Notes under the pieces: generated by a model | Told to the model about the DNA's origin: nothing | The model's input: only the letters and a program-made list of their open reading frames with translations | The model's database searches: none | Source of the DNA: Octopus sinensis | Taxonomy: Eukaryota | Direction: 5' to 3' | Assembly (NCBI RefSeq): GCF_006345805.1 | Contig: NC_042998.1 | Location: 93,186,001 to 93,250,000, forward strand | DNA: 64,000 bases | Position numbers and translations under genes: made by a program | Part shown: positions 1 through 11,592 of the stretch, one piece after another | Layout: every line of letters starts with the position of its first letter | Numbering within the stretch: the stretch's first letter is position 1

Positions 1-1692
1 ATTTACATGAAGATAAATAAGTAAATATACATACAAACATACATATGTGTATGTGTGTGCCTGTGTGGCTGAGAAGTTTGCTTCCTAACCATGTGGTCTC
101 AGGTTCTGTTAACTAGTGGGACCAACAAAAAGAAAAGGATTCCATCCAAGAAGACATAAATATTATTATTTAATGAGCTACTCTTAGTTTATGCTTAGAA
201 TCGAACTAAAGTTCGCTTGACGTATGTCTTGATACTTTCGGTCTGGATTGCCCCCATAATATGTATATGGCATGCTATTTAAGCTCACCTAACTGCTGTA
301 CTATTGTAAGCATTGTAAAGCATGAAATCTATGGTAGCTGAAATTTAAATCTTGTGTATATTAACACACACACATGCACACACACACAGATATGAACATG
401 TCTCATTAGTACAAAACTCTGCCACATTCATCCTTCAAATCAATGGCATACATTTATCATCAAGTGAAAGTCTTAAACAGTATTTTTCCTCTCAACAACC
501 ACTCTTTATCTTGCGGATTTGACATAAATATTTCCTTCATTTATAACATCCAAAAATTTTCACTCACACGAAGCTAAAATATATCAAACAGTTCCTACTC
601 ATTAAATTGCTTTTGACATCTCTCATGAAAATGATTGATTACAGAAGATTTCACTGTCTAAGATGAACATTTATTTTTTTGTAGAAAACCTTGGAAACAT
701 TAACTTCTCTCTCATATAATTGCATGCTGCATGTAAGGATCCATAATGTTATGATAGCGTGAGGAAAAATTTATAGCTTTGGTACACAAGTATAAACCTT
801 AGCAATGAAGAATATTTCTATTATTTCATTATTTCGGTGTTTCTTATGTTTTTCTTTATATTCTTCATCATATTAAGTATTTGTTTTGTTAATTCTAAGT
901 AGCTTTTCCATGTCTAGCATGTTTCTTACTGGAATGTTTTTTGTTCTCTTTTGGTTTTATTTGCACATATAATTGAAAGAATATTTTCGATTGCTAAGTA
1001 AACTATAATTATGTAACATCAAACATTTCAATAAAATTTATATCATAAATTAGAGGTTGGTTGTTATTTTGTATCCAAGCAAAATCTATTATATAAGAAT
1101 GGATGTATTTGTTAATGTTTAAGTGATAAAGTAGTAGTCGTTTGGTATATGGTAATTTATAATGTCACCTGATGTCTTGTAAAGAAGGATTTGTGATGAG
1201 AACTTGTGTGTCACATGTTGATTGGAGCTTAAAGCATCACAGTTAAAATTTTGTTTACAGTCCGCTTTCATCTTTGATAAACTGTTATACATTTCCCATT
1301 CCCCATCATCATCATCAACATCATTGTCATCATTATTATCATCGTTGTCGGTGTCGTCGTCATCATCATCATCATCATCATCACATACATACATGCACAC
1401 ATGCACACATACACACACACACATTCAGTCTAAAAAGAAATAGGTAAAACCAACAAGTTTGTATGTCTGCTATGTAGGTTTAGATATACTACATCATATC
1501 TGAATGCTGTTTAGTATGCAAATTGGGAGATTCAGTTCTCTAAAGTTGCTAGATTTCATGTGTATATAAACAGAATGGCAACTTGTTTCTCTGATATTGT
1601 TCAAGTGTTGTAGACATCTCATGATGTTTCCAATAATGGTCAAAAATTAGTTGGGGATGGTCATTAGAGAAGTTGATAATACTGACTTTTTT

Positions 1693-1925
1693 TTTCATCT
1701 TTTACTTGTTTTAGTAATTTGATTTTGGCCATGCTGGAGCACCACCTTGAAGGATTTTAGCTGAAAGAATCAACCCCCAAACCTTTTTCCTTTTAGAGCC
1801 TGGTACTTATTCTATTGGTCTCTTTTGCTGAACCACTATGTTACATGGATGTAACAACACACCAACACCGGTTGCCAAGCAGTGATGGTAGACAAACACA
1901 GACATAAAGACTTATACAGATAAAG
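1693..1925 (-). mobile_element. tRNA-derived SINE family A, 3' half
   Basis: Reverse complement of the family A body/tail (ttttacttgtttt...ggccatgctggagcaccacc...gcctggtacttattctat); same family as 7852-8292. Confidence 0.75.
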
Positions 1926-1929
1926 ACAT

Positions 1930-2190
1930 GTATCGCCTTGACCTTTGAAATGTGGAGTAGATGAAATTAAGGCGACTGAAGAAGGGGAATTTTCCTTGTT
2001 TTGTATGTCCTGTACTCTATTTTTTCGTTGTTTTAAAAAAATGTCCATTTCCTTGGTTTTGTGTTTATGTTTTCGCTTCTCATTGTGTTCGACGTTTTTT
2101 TGGTGTCCTGTACCCATATATGCATGTATATATACATGTAGAGGTAGGTACGTACATATATGTATGTATATATGCATATATTTTATTTAT
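1930..2190 (+). repeat. Interspersed repeat P1 (probably Penelope-like terminal fragment)
   Basis: Homologous to 39596-39935; ends ...tggtgtcctgtacccatatatgcatg and runs into (TA)n. Confidence 0.6.
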
Positions 2191-2191
2191 T

Positions 2192-2262
<71 letters not shown>

Positions 2263-2288
2263 GCATATATATATATATATATATATAT

Positions 2289-2730
2289 AGGGAGAGTTCA
2301 TGAAAAATCAAAAGACGAAGACAGGTGGTGAAGAAAACAAACAGATGTATTAGTATAATGCTCAGAAATTGAAAAAGTCTTTTACGTTTCGAGCCTATGC
2401 TCTTCTACAGAAAGGGACACAGAAAAAAACAAGGAGAGAAAAAAATGGTGACTGCCGGACAGCAGGGTCACACAGGAGAGTGAAGAAGTCGGGGAGATAA
2501 CAAAGTAAAGATGACCCCCAACACGAAGGTGTGTGTTTGTATAAGAGAGTACATATGTGCATGTGAAAGAGGACTGGTTGTCTTGACATGTGCATGTGTG
2601 TATGTGTAGGTGTGAAAATGTTGGGATGGGAATTGGTCAGTGCTGGTGTGTGGGTGGTGTGTTGTTGATGTGATGTAGTGTGATATGGGGACATGCAAAA
2701 CGGGTTTATTCTTATAGTTTCCAATCCCTT
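2289..2730 (-). mobile_element. Penelope-type 3' terminal (pseudo-LTR) fragment
   Basis: 2289-2450 is homologous to 8975-9180, the 3' end of the GIY-YIG-encoding element; the 3' end abuts (TA)n. Confidence 0.7.
2379..2414 (-). ncRNA. Minimal type I hammerhead-like motif with non-canonical core (CUGUAGA)
   Basis: Minus strand reads CUUU-CUGUAGA-A-GAGC(AUAG)GCUC-GAAAC-GUA/AAAG; stem I CUUU:AAAG, stem II GAGC:GCUC, palindromic ACGU stem III. Confidence 0.5.
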
Positions 2731-2759
2731 TCACCAAGGAGAGTGACCTTAATACTTCT

Positions 2760-2925
2760 GCTGTGGGGAACAGGTCTTCTTAAGTACTGCAAGACACCAG
2801 GTATTTTGATCCTTTGTCATCTCATCTGAGAGGTTCAGTGTCCAGAGGGCATTCTTCAGTACCATGTCCTGCATCTTCCAAATGCTTTCCTTTTCCACAA
2901 GCTTGTTATGCCATGTGGATATTGC
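2760..2925 (-). pseudogene. Degenerate RTE-clade LINE ORF2 C-terminal fragment
   Basis: Minus-strand translation ...MVLKNALWTLNLSDEMTKDQNTWCLAVLKKT resembles the RTE terminal motif W-x-E-VV-x-x-DL-x-x-LNL-x-E-x-MT-x-DR-x-x-W. Confidence 0.45.
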
Positions 2926-3719
2926 CTGAAGATTGTGCTAAGACACCAAAAATGTTAAAAAGTACTGTCTGAGATGTTTTCATTGCATGAAACTAATAGT
3001 AGTACATAAAAAACATATACTGTGTTTATTAGATAGTATATATATATGTCAAATTACTTCCTTCACAGGAACCATCTCCTCTCTTTGTGTCTTTTGACCA
3101 TTGCACTATAGAAAACCAAAATTATTAGAATCGGTTAATCTGAAATTTTACCTTTTCATTATTAGTAAAAGTCTATCATTGGACAAAATAACTTACAGTG
3201 TTTACTAATGTTCTTTCAAGTTCTGATTTCAAATTTTACCAAAGTAAATTTCTTTAGTTCATGCTTACCAGGCTCATAAATTAAGTACCAGTGAAATGTT
3301 TCTATCAGTAAACAATGTTACAATCCAATATCAAAATATAAGAGCAGGTAGCAAGATGCTTGAACAGATTAAATAGTCGAGCATGTGACCAGTTGATTCA
3401 ACATGTGACCAAACACTCTTCAGTGAGTCTTTCTACATTTCAGTTCACATCCAGCTGAGGTTGATTTTGTTTTCCATTACTCCAAGTTGATAAGAAACAT
3501 AAGTACCAGACATATAATTAGGTTTATTCAATCGATGATATGTCACCCCCTCCAGGTTAGTTGTCTTGAGTCAAAGAAATCAATATTACAGAAAATATTT
3601 AACAGTTGGATGCTCTTTGTAATATATCATATGATGGGAGTCTTCGAAGTTTTTAAAACACCTAAAGGTCAATAAACTTATAACCGTAAACATGTTTTTG
3701 TCTATGTTGTTAAATATGC

Positions 3720-4285
<566 letters not shown>

Positions 4286-4734
4286 TATATATACTGTTTC
4301 TGAACAACATTTATTCTGTAGTACAGATTGGATATTTAAACATGGTGTGCTGAACACTACAAGATAAACTTGAATGGCAGTTAATAAAATAAGTGCTATG
4401 TGTTGAAATTTTTACACTTATATGAATATTCCAGAAAAAGGTGAAATGCATAATGTATTTATAAATACTGAAGAAAATGAGAAATATATGAAAATACTAT
4501 TGATGGATATTAGTATCAAATGTTGAATATATATACGTATGCATCCAGTAGAGTTTGTTCTAGTTTTCTTTCTTTTCTTTTCTCTTCTTTTCTTTTTTCT
4601 TTCCTTTATGTCTCAGTATTGGACACAGAGTGTAGTTGTTTTTCTTTGAACTCGAATACCATTGGTGTGTAAATCCTACGTATTTATTCAAGGATACCAT
4701 TCTAAGGTGTTTTATCAAAGGAGAAATTGTAGAG

Positions 4735-4929
4735 AGGGAAAAGGGGAAGGTGGGAGGAGAAGGAGGAGAAGCAGGAGAAGGAGGTGGTGGTGGTAGTGGT
4801 GGTGGTGGTGGTGGTGGTGGTGGTAGTGGTGGTGGTAATAGCTGTGGAGGAGAAGGAGGAGGAGGGAAATGAGAAGAAGAAGAAGAAGAAGAAGAAAAGA
4901 AGAAGAAGAAGAAGAAGAAGAAGAAGAAG

Positions 4930-4971
<42 letters not shown>
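4735..4971 (+). repeat. Compound microsatellite (GGA)n-(GGT)n-(GGA)n-(AAG)n-(AAT)n
   Basis: Directly visible. Confidence 0.95.
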
Positions 4972-4972
<1 letters not shown>

Positions 4973-4974
4973 GA

Positions 4975-5503
4975 ATGCCCTGGTGCTGTACCAGGCAGTG
5001 GCTCTCATGGATTCTCATCTTAAGTGATTTTCTCTTGTTATAAAAGATGGGCTAACAGCAAATATTCTATACCACAGATTTGCTTGTCTGTTGCTTGACC
5101 TTAACCAGTTGGGCATGTCCCTTAGTAGCTGATGATACGTGCATCTCTGATCACGAGCAGAAGTAGTGGGGGAGCATCATAGCCACGTGTTGAGAGGAAT
5201 TCTTTGGGGTTTCGATAATTCACCTTCAGAAACATGGGTTTTTCACTCAACATCGTTAAACAATCCTTATTCAGGGACCTTTTGAGTGGGACGGGCTGCT
5301 CGGCCTGAAGAAAATTCTAATTGGGTCCCACCTGCAAGGTCATGCGCTGTTAATCTTGATATTGGATCACCATGTCGCACATATGGTGGTGATGCATGTG
5401 CCTGGTGTGCGCTTATCAGACAGGTAGTCATGATGGGTATATTGGGCTTTGTATATTTTACCCCAGTATCACTTTGATGGCATGCACTGCTCTCTCACTC
5501 AAT
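4975..5503 (+). mobile_element. ~560-bp (AAT)n-flanked interspersed repeat (family T), copy 1 with small internal deletion
   Basis: Starts atgccctggtgctgtaccaggcagtgg, ends gcatgcactgctctctcactcaat; homologous to 5525-6054, 19181-20336, 57252-57809 and 60395-60702. Confidence 0.8.
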
Positions 5504-5524
5504 GTTAATAATAATAATAATAAT

Positions 5525-6054
5525 CTCATGGCTTCTGATCTTAACTGATTGGAAGTGTTATCTTGTACATTGTTTTGTCTTGGTATAAAAGATGGGCTAC
5601 AGCAAATATTCTGCTCAATACCACAGATTTGCTTGTCAGTTGTTTGACCTTAACCAGTTGAGCATGTCCCTTAGTGGCTGACGATATGTGCATCTCTGAT
5701 CACGAGCAGAAGTAGTGGGGGAGCATCATAGCCATGTGTTGAGAGGGATTCTTTGGGGTTTGAATAATTCACCTCTGGAAACATGGGTGGTTCTTTCAAC
5801 ATCCTTAAACAACCCTTATTCAGGGACCTTTTGAGCAGGATGGGCTACTCAACCTGAAGAAAATTCTAACTGGGCCCCACCTGCAAGGTCATGCGCTGTT
5901 TATCTTGATATGAGATCACCATGTCGCGCACATATGGTTGTGATGCATGTGCCTGGTGTACCCTTATCAGACAGGTAGTCATGATGGGTATACTGGGCTT
6001 TGTATATTTTACCCCAGTGTCACTTTGATGGCATGCACTGCTCTCTCACTCAAT
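5525..6054 (+). mobile_element. Family T repeat, copy 2 (tandem, slightly 5'-truncated)
   Basis: Direct homolog of copy 1, separated by a short (AAT)n; followed by (AAT)n at 6055-6212. Confidence 0.85.
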
Positions 6055-6055
6055 G

Positions 6056-6181
<126 letters not shown>

Positions 6182-6339
6182 GTAATAATAATATGATAGT
6201 AATAATAATAATGCTAACAATGTATAGTATTATTCCTCTCAATTTACCAGTCAATTAGCAGGCCATAAATACTGCTCAGTTATTCTTCCATATTTAGAGA
6301 GTATATTATCTCTGATTTAGAAAATAATGTTCTGGGATG

Positions 6340-6470
6340 ATGAAAGCAAGTTTTGCAATTTTTCTTTTTGAAGTCTGTGATAGATTGAGATTCCTAATAT
6401 CTAGTGGCAGTGCATTTCCATATTCTAGAGCCATAATATTCTGTATGTTTCTAAGTTTCTTGCTAAACCA
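6340..6470 (-). pseudogene. CR1/L2-group LINE ORF2 C-terminal remnant
   Basis: Allowing frameshifts, the minus strand reads YYGSRIWNALPLDIRNSQSITDFKKKLQNLL, the typical WN-x-LP...FKK-x-L end of CR1/L2 ORF2. Confidence 0.5.
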
Positions 6471-6972
6471 GTTTACTAACTGATGAAGATTGGATGAAGA
6501 TTAAAATTGTTTCCAGAGAAAAATTTTAAAAGGCTATAATATAATCGAAGTAAAAACACGATCCAAAGTTTGATGCTTTAGATAAATCTTCAAATGTTTT
6601 GGCATGGAATATTTGAAGTGATTCATGGTGGACTGCTCTTTGTAATTTCATCATTATATCTTATAATGAGATTGATGGCCGGGCTGAAGCATACACACAC
6701 ACACACAAATATATATATATGCATGTGAATGCGTGTGTGTGTGTGTGTGTGAGTGAGTGTTTATGTGTATATGTGTGTGTGTATTAATATGTATGTATAT
6801 ATATTAATATATATGTATATATAGGTATTTTTGTATATATATATATGTATATATATATTTATACATTATATATAATGTATAAATTTGTATACATACTTTA
6901 TAGACACACATATATATATATTATATATGCGTATATGTGTGTGTGTGTATATATATATATAGAGAGAGAGAG

Positions 6973-7127
<155 letters not shown>

Positions 7128-7851
7128 CAGACATATACATATGCATACATATTTGTATATATGTGTGTATGTGTGCATGTGTTTGTGTGTGTATGTATGT
7201 GTGTATGTGCATGTGTGCCAATAATCCAATGACCTTAACCTCCTTACTGTCATGATTTTTCTATTTTAAGAAATCATCCACATGTAATTAGCTTATGTTT
7301 TTGTTCACTGTCACACAAGTCAGTGTTGAAGGAAGAAGCTGTTATGTAACAAATACAGTGTATGTCTGTATGCATGTGTGTGTGTGTGTATGAGAGAGAT
7401 AGAAAGAGACAGAGAAAATAAGAGATTTTACTTTCATTTTGATTTTAATACCATATATATCATATGCCACGTATTTTCAAAAAGAAAGGAATTTAAAATT
7501 CAATTTCATGTATATGTATATGTACACATGCACACAACTATGCACCATTACCATCCCCATTTAGCATCTATTTTTCATGCTGACATGGGTCAGATGGTTT
7601 GGCAGGATTCAATGAACTGGACGACTGTGTTGACCTCCTCTGTGTGTGCATGTGAACGCATACATGTTGATAGATAGTGAGATAGACAGATGAAAATATA
7701 TACAAATATGCAAATATACAAAAGCAGACATACATATATATATGTGTGTGGTGTGTTGGACTCTGGTCACTTTGACAAATGTGGTTAAGTCAGTGAGGCA
7801 CAGCATGGTGTCATGGTTTGCTGAAGAACTTGCAAGATAAATATTATTTAT

Positions 7852-8013
7852 AGGTGCAGGTATAGCTATGTAGCAAGAAACTTGCTTCCTAACCAGACAG
7901 CTCCGGGTGCAGTCTCACTGCATTGCACCTTGAGCAAGTACCTTCTCCTATAACCTCTGGCTGACCAAAGCCTTCTATGTGGATTTAGTAGACAGACACC
8001 AAAAGAAGTTGTA

Positions 8014-8045
<32 letters not shown>

Positions 8046-8292
8046 GTGTGTGTTGTGTGTGTTGTGTGTGTGTGTGTGTGTCTTTGTGTTTGTCCTTCCC
8101 CCCCCCCACTGCTTGACAATCGGTGTTGTGTATTTACATCATTATTACTACTGGTTCAGCAAAAGAGGCTGATAGAATAATTACCAGGCTTAAAAAAAGT
8201 TCTGGGTTCAAATTGTTTAAATAAAGACCCTTCAAGGCAATGCCCCAGCATGGCCGCAGTCAAATGACTGAAACAAGTAAAAGATAAAAGAT
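7852..8292 (+). mobile_element. tRNA-derived SINE family A, full length
   Basis: Degenerate A/B-box head (agctatgtagcaagaaacttgcttcc...gggtgcagtctc), central (TG)n, tail gccccagcatggccgcagtcaaatgactgaaacaagtaaaagataaaag. Confidence 0.8.
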
Positions 8293-8854
8293 AGTAGGCA
8301 TCCTTCAAACTTGTATTGGCCTGGTGTACCAAGTGCCAGAAGCCCAGTAGTTATCAGGACGTAGGATTTATATTGAGTCACCTTCTTTTAGATGAGCAGC
8401 TAAAGAACTCATAAACCTTTAGAGCAGTTGTATACTGTCAACTTAATGTGACAGTCCCATAAAGAGAATCACACAACCGCTATTTAGCCCTAGGAAGCAT
8501 CAACGCTTGCTGTCGGCTTTGACACATTTTCTGTGTCCTTATGTTTACAAAGGGGAGACAAGCACCCCCAACAGCTAGGCTTGCATCGAGGAGACATGCT
8601 TCTGAGTCTTGCTCGTCATCAATCTGGAGTAGCATGGCCTGCAGCTGAAGATACCTGTCTAGACTTTGTAAACATATATATCTTCAGTGAAGTATATTCA
8701 CTGATCACCAAAATTAGAAATATTAAATTTCTAAATATCTCAGAGAGATATTAGCAGTGGTAAAACGATAGAGCAGTTGTATACTGTTAATTCAATATAT
8801 ATGTATATGTATGTGTGTATATATATATTATATATATATATAATATATATATAT

Positions 8855-8904
<50 letters not shown>

Positions 8905-8933
8905 TACATATATATACATATATAACATATATA

Positions 8934-8964
<31 letters not shown>

Positions 8965-9071
8965 ATATATATAACGGGAAGCTTTATGAAAATAGACAAA
9001 AGACGAAGGCAGGTGGAAAACAAACAAACAATTGTATTAGTATGGCGCTCAGGAAATATAAATAAAACAAG

Positions 9072-9109
9072 TCTTTAATGTTTCGAGCCTACGCTCTTCA
9101 ACAGAAAGA
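9072..9109 (-). ncRNA. Minimal type I hammerhead-like motif with non-canonical core (CUGUUGA)
   Basis: Minus strand UCUUU-CUGUUGA-A-GAGC(GUAG)GCUC-GAAAC-AUU/AAAGA; 5-bp stem I; CAU probably CpG-decayed CGU. Confidence 0.5.
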
Positions 9110-9814
9110 TACACAGAGAGAAAAAAACACAGAAAGAAGGAGAGAAAAAAAATGCGTGCAGTAACTAACAAACCAACATGGCGATCTGATTTCGGCCAGA
9201 AGTCAAAGATCAAACATGAGACGCGAGAGCGAAATTAGGGGAGATAATAGGGTTGAGTGACCAGCTCCAACATAAGGGTGTGAGTGTGTGTGTGTATGAG
9301 AGAGTATTAGTGCATGTGAGAGGTCTGGACGTGTGTATGTATAGGGTTGGTGTATGTATTAGTATGTATAAGGGTGTGTGTGTGTGTGTGTGTGTATGAG
9401 AGAGTATTAGTGCGTATGAGAGGTCTGGACGTGTGTATGTATAGGGTTGGTGTATGTATTAGTATGTATTAGTATGTATTAGTATGTATTAGTATGTATT
9501 AGTTGGTGTATGTATTAGTATGGCACATCATATATGATGTGATGTGTAAAGTCGTGTGGTGTAGTGTGGAGAGAGGAGAAGAGGGGGAGGGGGAGGGGAG
9601 AGAGAGGAGGGGGAGAAGGAAGGGGAGGAGGAGGGAAGGAGGAAGGAGGAAAGAGGGAGAGGGGGAGAGAGAAGGGGAGTGAGGGAGCAGAGGGAAGGGG
9701 AAGAGGGAAGGAGGGAGGGAGAAAGAGGGAAGAAGGGAAGGGGAGTAGGGGTGAAAGGATGAAGGACTGAAGAAGTAGGGGTCGGGGGGAAAGGTAGGTG
9801 AGGAGGGGGGAGAG

Positions 9815-10538
9815 TTGAGACCAAATGGCATATAAGAGCGAAGAGAGAAGATTAATTCCTGTTCACGGCGCAAATGGGAATCCGGATGGCCTCTGTGTAA
9901 GGACAAACCGAACACAGATAGGTGTTGCAAGGAGTGACCGGTGGAGCGGAAATGGCGAGAGACCGGTGTGTCGTTTGCAAGGTGGATGTCACGAAGGTGT
10001 TCCGCGAACCAGTCAGCCAAGCGGCGTCCCGTTTGTCCGATGTACAAGGAATGGCAGAGAGAGCAAGAGACGCAATAAATAATATTGCTGGAGGTGCAGG
10101 TGAAGGAGTGGATGATGGGATAGGGTCGATGATGGGTGCTAGTGAGGAGGGTGGTGTTGGAGAGGTAAGGGCAAGTGTGGCAACGTGGGCGGGAGCAGGG
10201 GAACGAACCAGGTTGGGAGGTAGGGTCAGGGAAGGAGCTATGGACCAAAAGGTCTCCAAGGTTGTGGGCTCGTTTGAAAGAGGGGAGGGGTCGGTTAGGG
10301 AAGAGGTGTGAAGTGGACGGGTCGGACTGGAGATGATGGAAAGCTCGAAGAATGGTGCGTTGGAGAGGTAGGGTTGTGGGCTGGTAAGTGAGGGGAAAAG
10401 GGAGGCGGGAGACTACAGGGCGGGTTCGGGGAGAGAATGCAGATACACGGTCCACGGACCATGCTCTGGCAAGGGCGGTGTGGATAGTGGTGAGGGGGTA
10501 TCCACGTAGGGTGAAGTGGTGAGCCATACGTTGAGACT
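9815..10538 (-). pseudogene. Penelope polyprotein C-terminus with GIY-YIG endonuclease
   Basis: ORF 9499-10563: FTCTSSNIIYCVSCSLCHSLYIGQTGRRLADWFAEH...VSRHF...RREQELIFSLRSYMPFGLN; no upstream RT core; the N-terminal MYIYIY comes from the microsatellite. Confidence 0.88.
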
Positions 10539-10542
10539 GATA

Positions 10543-10621
<79 letters not shown>

Positions 10622-10626
10622 ATATA

Positions 10627-11371
10627 TAATTAAGAGAAACAACCTCTATTAAGTAATTCAATAGTGAAAGACATTATCCACACCATATAGAAAAAATTAA
10701 ATATACTATAATAAATATTATTTTTTAAATCACTAAATTAAATAAACATTAAATTGACTACGGTGTTTCATGACTATATCTTTAAATCGATAATAATAAA
10801 ATCGATACTATTAAAATTAATTCGATTTAAAAATATAGCCACTCTTCAGGTCTAAAATAATAATAAAATAAATGTATGTATCTAAACATGTAATAATTTA
10901 ACAAATAAATTTAGAAATATACGTATCTAAACACTAAATAATCGAATAGAATATAATAACATTAATGAAAAATAAAATCATAACTTATCTTATTGAAGAA
11001 TTCCAGTTAACTGAAATTTAAAAAGTTAAACTTAGAACCTAGCGTTGCTAAGAATTTATCATGTGAAAATATGACGTAAATAATAACTATAGAATGAATA
11101 GATAGAAATATGTTATTTTAGCTGTGAAAATAAGAAATAAACTAGATGTAATATACCATTTACTGGAAAAATTCTAAATTCTCAATAATATAAAACTAAA
11201 ATACGTAAAATACATAAAATAAGCTAAATTTCGATTTTCATCAATTTATTTATTTAGTTGGTTTCTCAACCTGTAACTCACACAGATATCTATATATATA
11301 TACACACGCAAATTAACAAGAATGACAACCAAAGTCATTCACTATTGAATTACTTAATAGAGGTTATTTCT
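10627..11371 (-). mobile_element. Non-coding Penelope-like fragment with ~39-bp inverted terminal duplication and internal hammerhead
   Basis: gagaaacaacctctattaagtaattcaatagtgaaagac (10634-10672) is the inverse of gtcattcactattgaattacttaatagaggttatttctc (~11333-11371); abuts (TA)n. Confidence 0.65.
10756..10852 (-). ncRNA. Type I hammerhead ribozyme motif, complete core, 21-bp stem II
   Basis: Minus strand GAC-CUGAAGA-GUGGCUAUAUUUUUAAAUCGA...UCGAUUUAAAGAUAUAGUCAU-GAAAC-ACC-GUA/GUC; stem II pairs over 21 positions including G-U; predicted cut between 10759 and 10758. Confidence 0.7.
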
Positions 11372-11379
11372 CTTTGATT

Positions 11380-11520
11380 GGTTGGCATTAAGACGGACAT
11401 TCAGTTGTAAAAACCAAGCCAAAATCAGACTGGAGCCTGGTACAGCTCTCCAATTTACCAGTTCCAGTCAAACCGTCTAACCTATGCCAGCATGGAAAAC
11501 GAATGCTAAATCATGATGAT
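11380..11520 (+). mobile_element. SINE-like family C tail (RTE-type 3' end with (GAT)n)
   Basis: ggttggcattaagacggacattcagttgtaaaa...cctatgccagcatggaaaacgaatgctaaatcatgatgat. Confidence 0.65.
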
Positions 11521-11592
11521 GATGATGATGATGATGATACATACACACACACACACACATGTATACATACGTAAAGACATACATGTATATAT

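Larger units (their letters stand above)
8973..10538 (-). mobile_element. 5'-truncated Penelope-like retroelement (Neptune/Poseidon-like), flanked by (TA)n on both sides
   Basis: Encodes the RT thumb/linker end, a CSRPRCHTC Cys motif and a GIY-YIG domain, then a pyrimidine-rich 3' region and a terminal segment with a hammerhead-like motif. Confidence 0.88.

Noticed and set aside
1945-1995. Type II hammerhead-like order GAAA...CUGAAGA in repeats P1 (also 39735-39785) and P2 (43095-43145)
   Set aside because: The two core words are present in both families, but no stem I closes next to a valid NUH (GUG follows GAAAC, and the later GUA has no pairing partner). Not supportable without a consensus covariation analysis.
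8547-8675. GC-richer segment bounded by an 11-bp inverted repeat (tgtttacaaag/ctttgtaaaca), open reading frames on both strands
   Set aside because: No recognisable domain, TSD or second copy in the window; insufficient evidence for either an exon or a MITE.
9499-9814. Pro/Ser/Leu-rich C-terminal extension of the Penelope ORF and overlapping plus-strand Gly/Glu/Arg ORFs
   Set aside because: Read-through of a low-complexity C/T-rich 3' region; recognisable endonuclease similarity ends near PFGLN.
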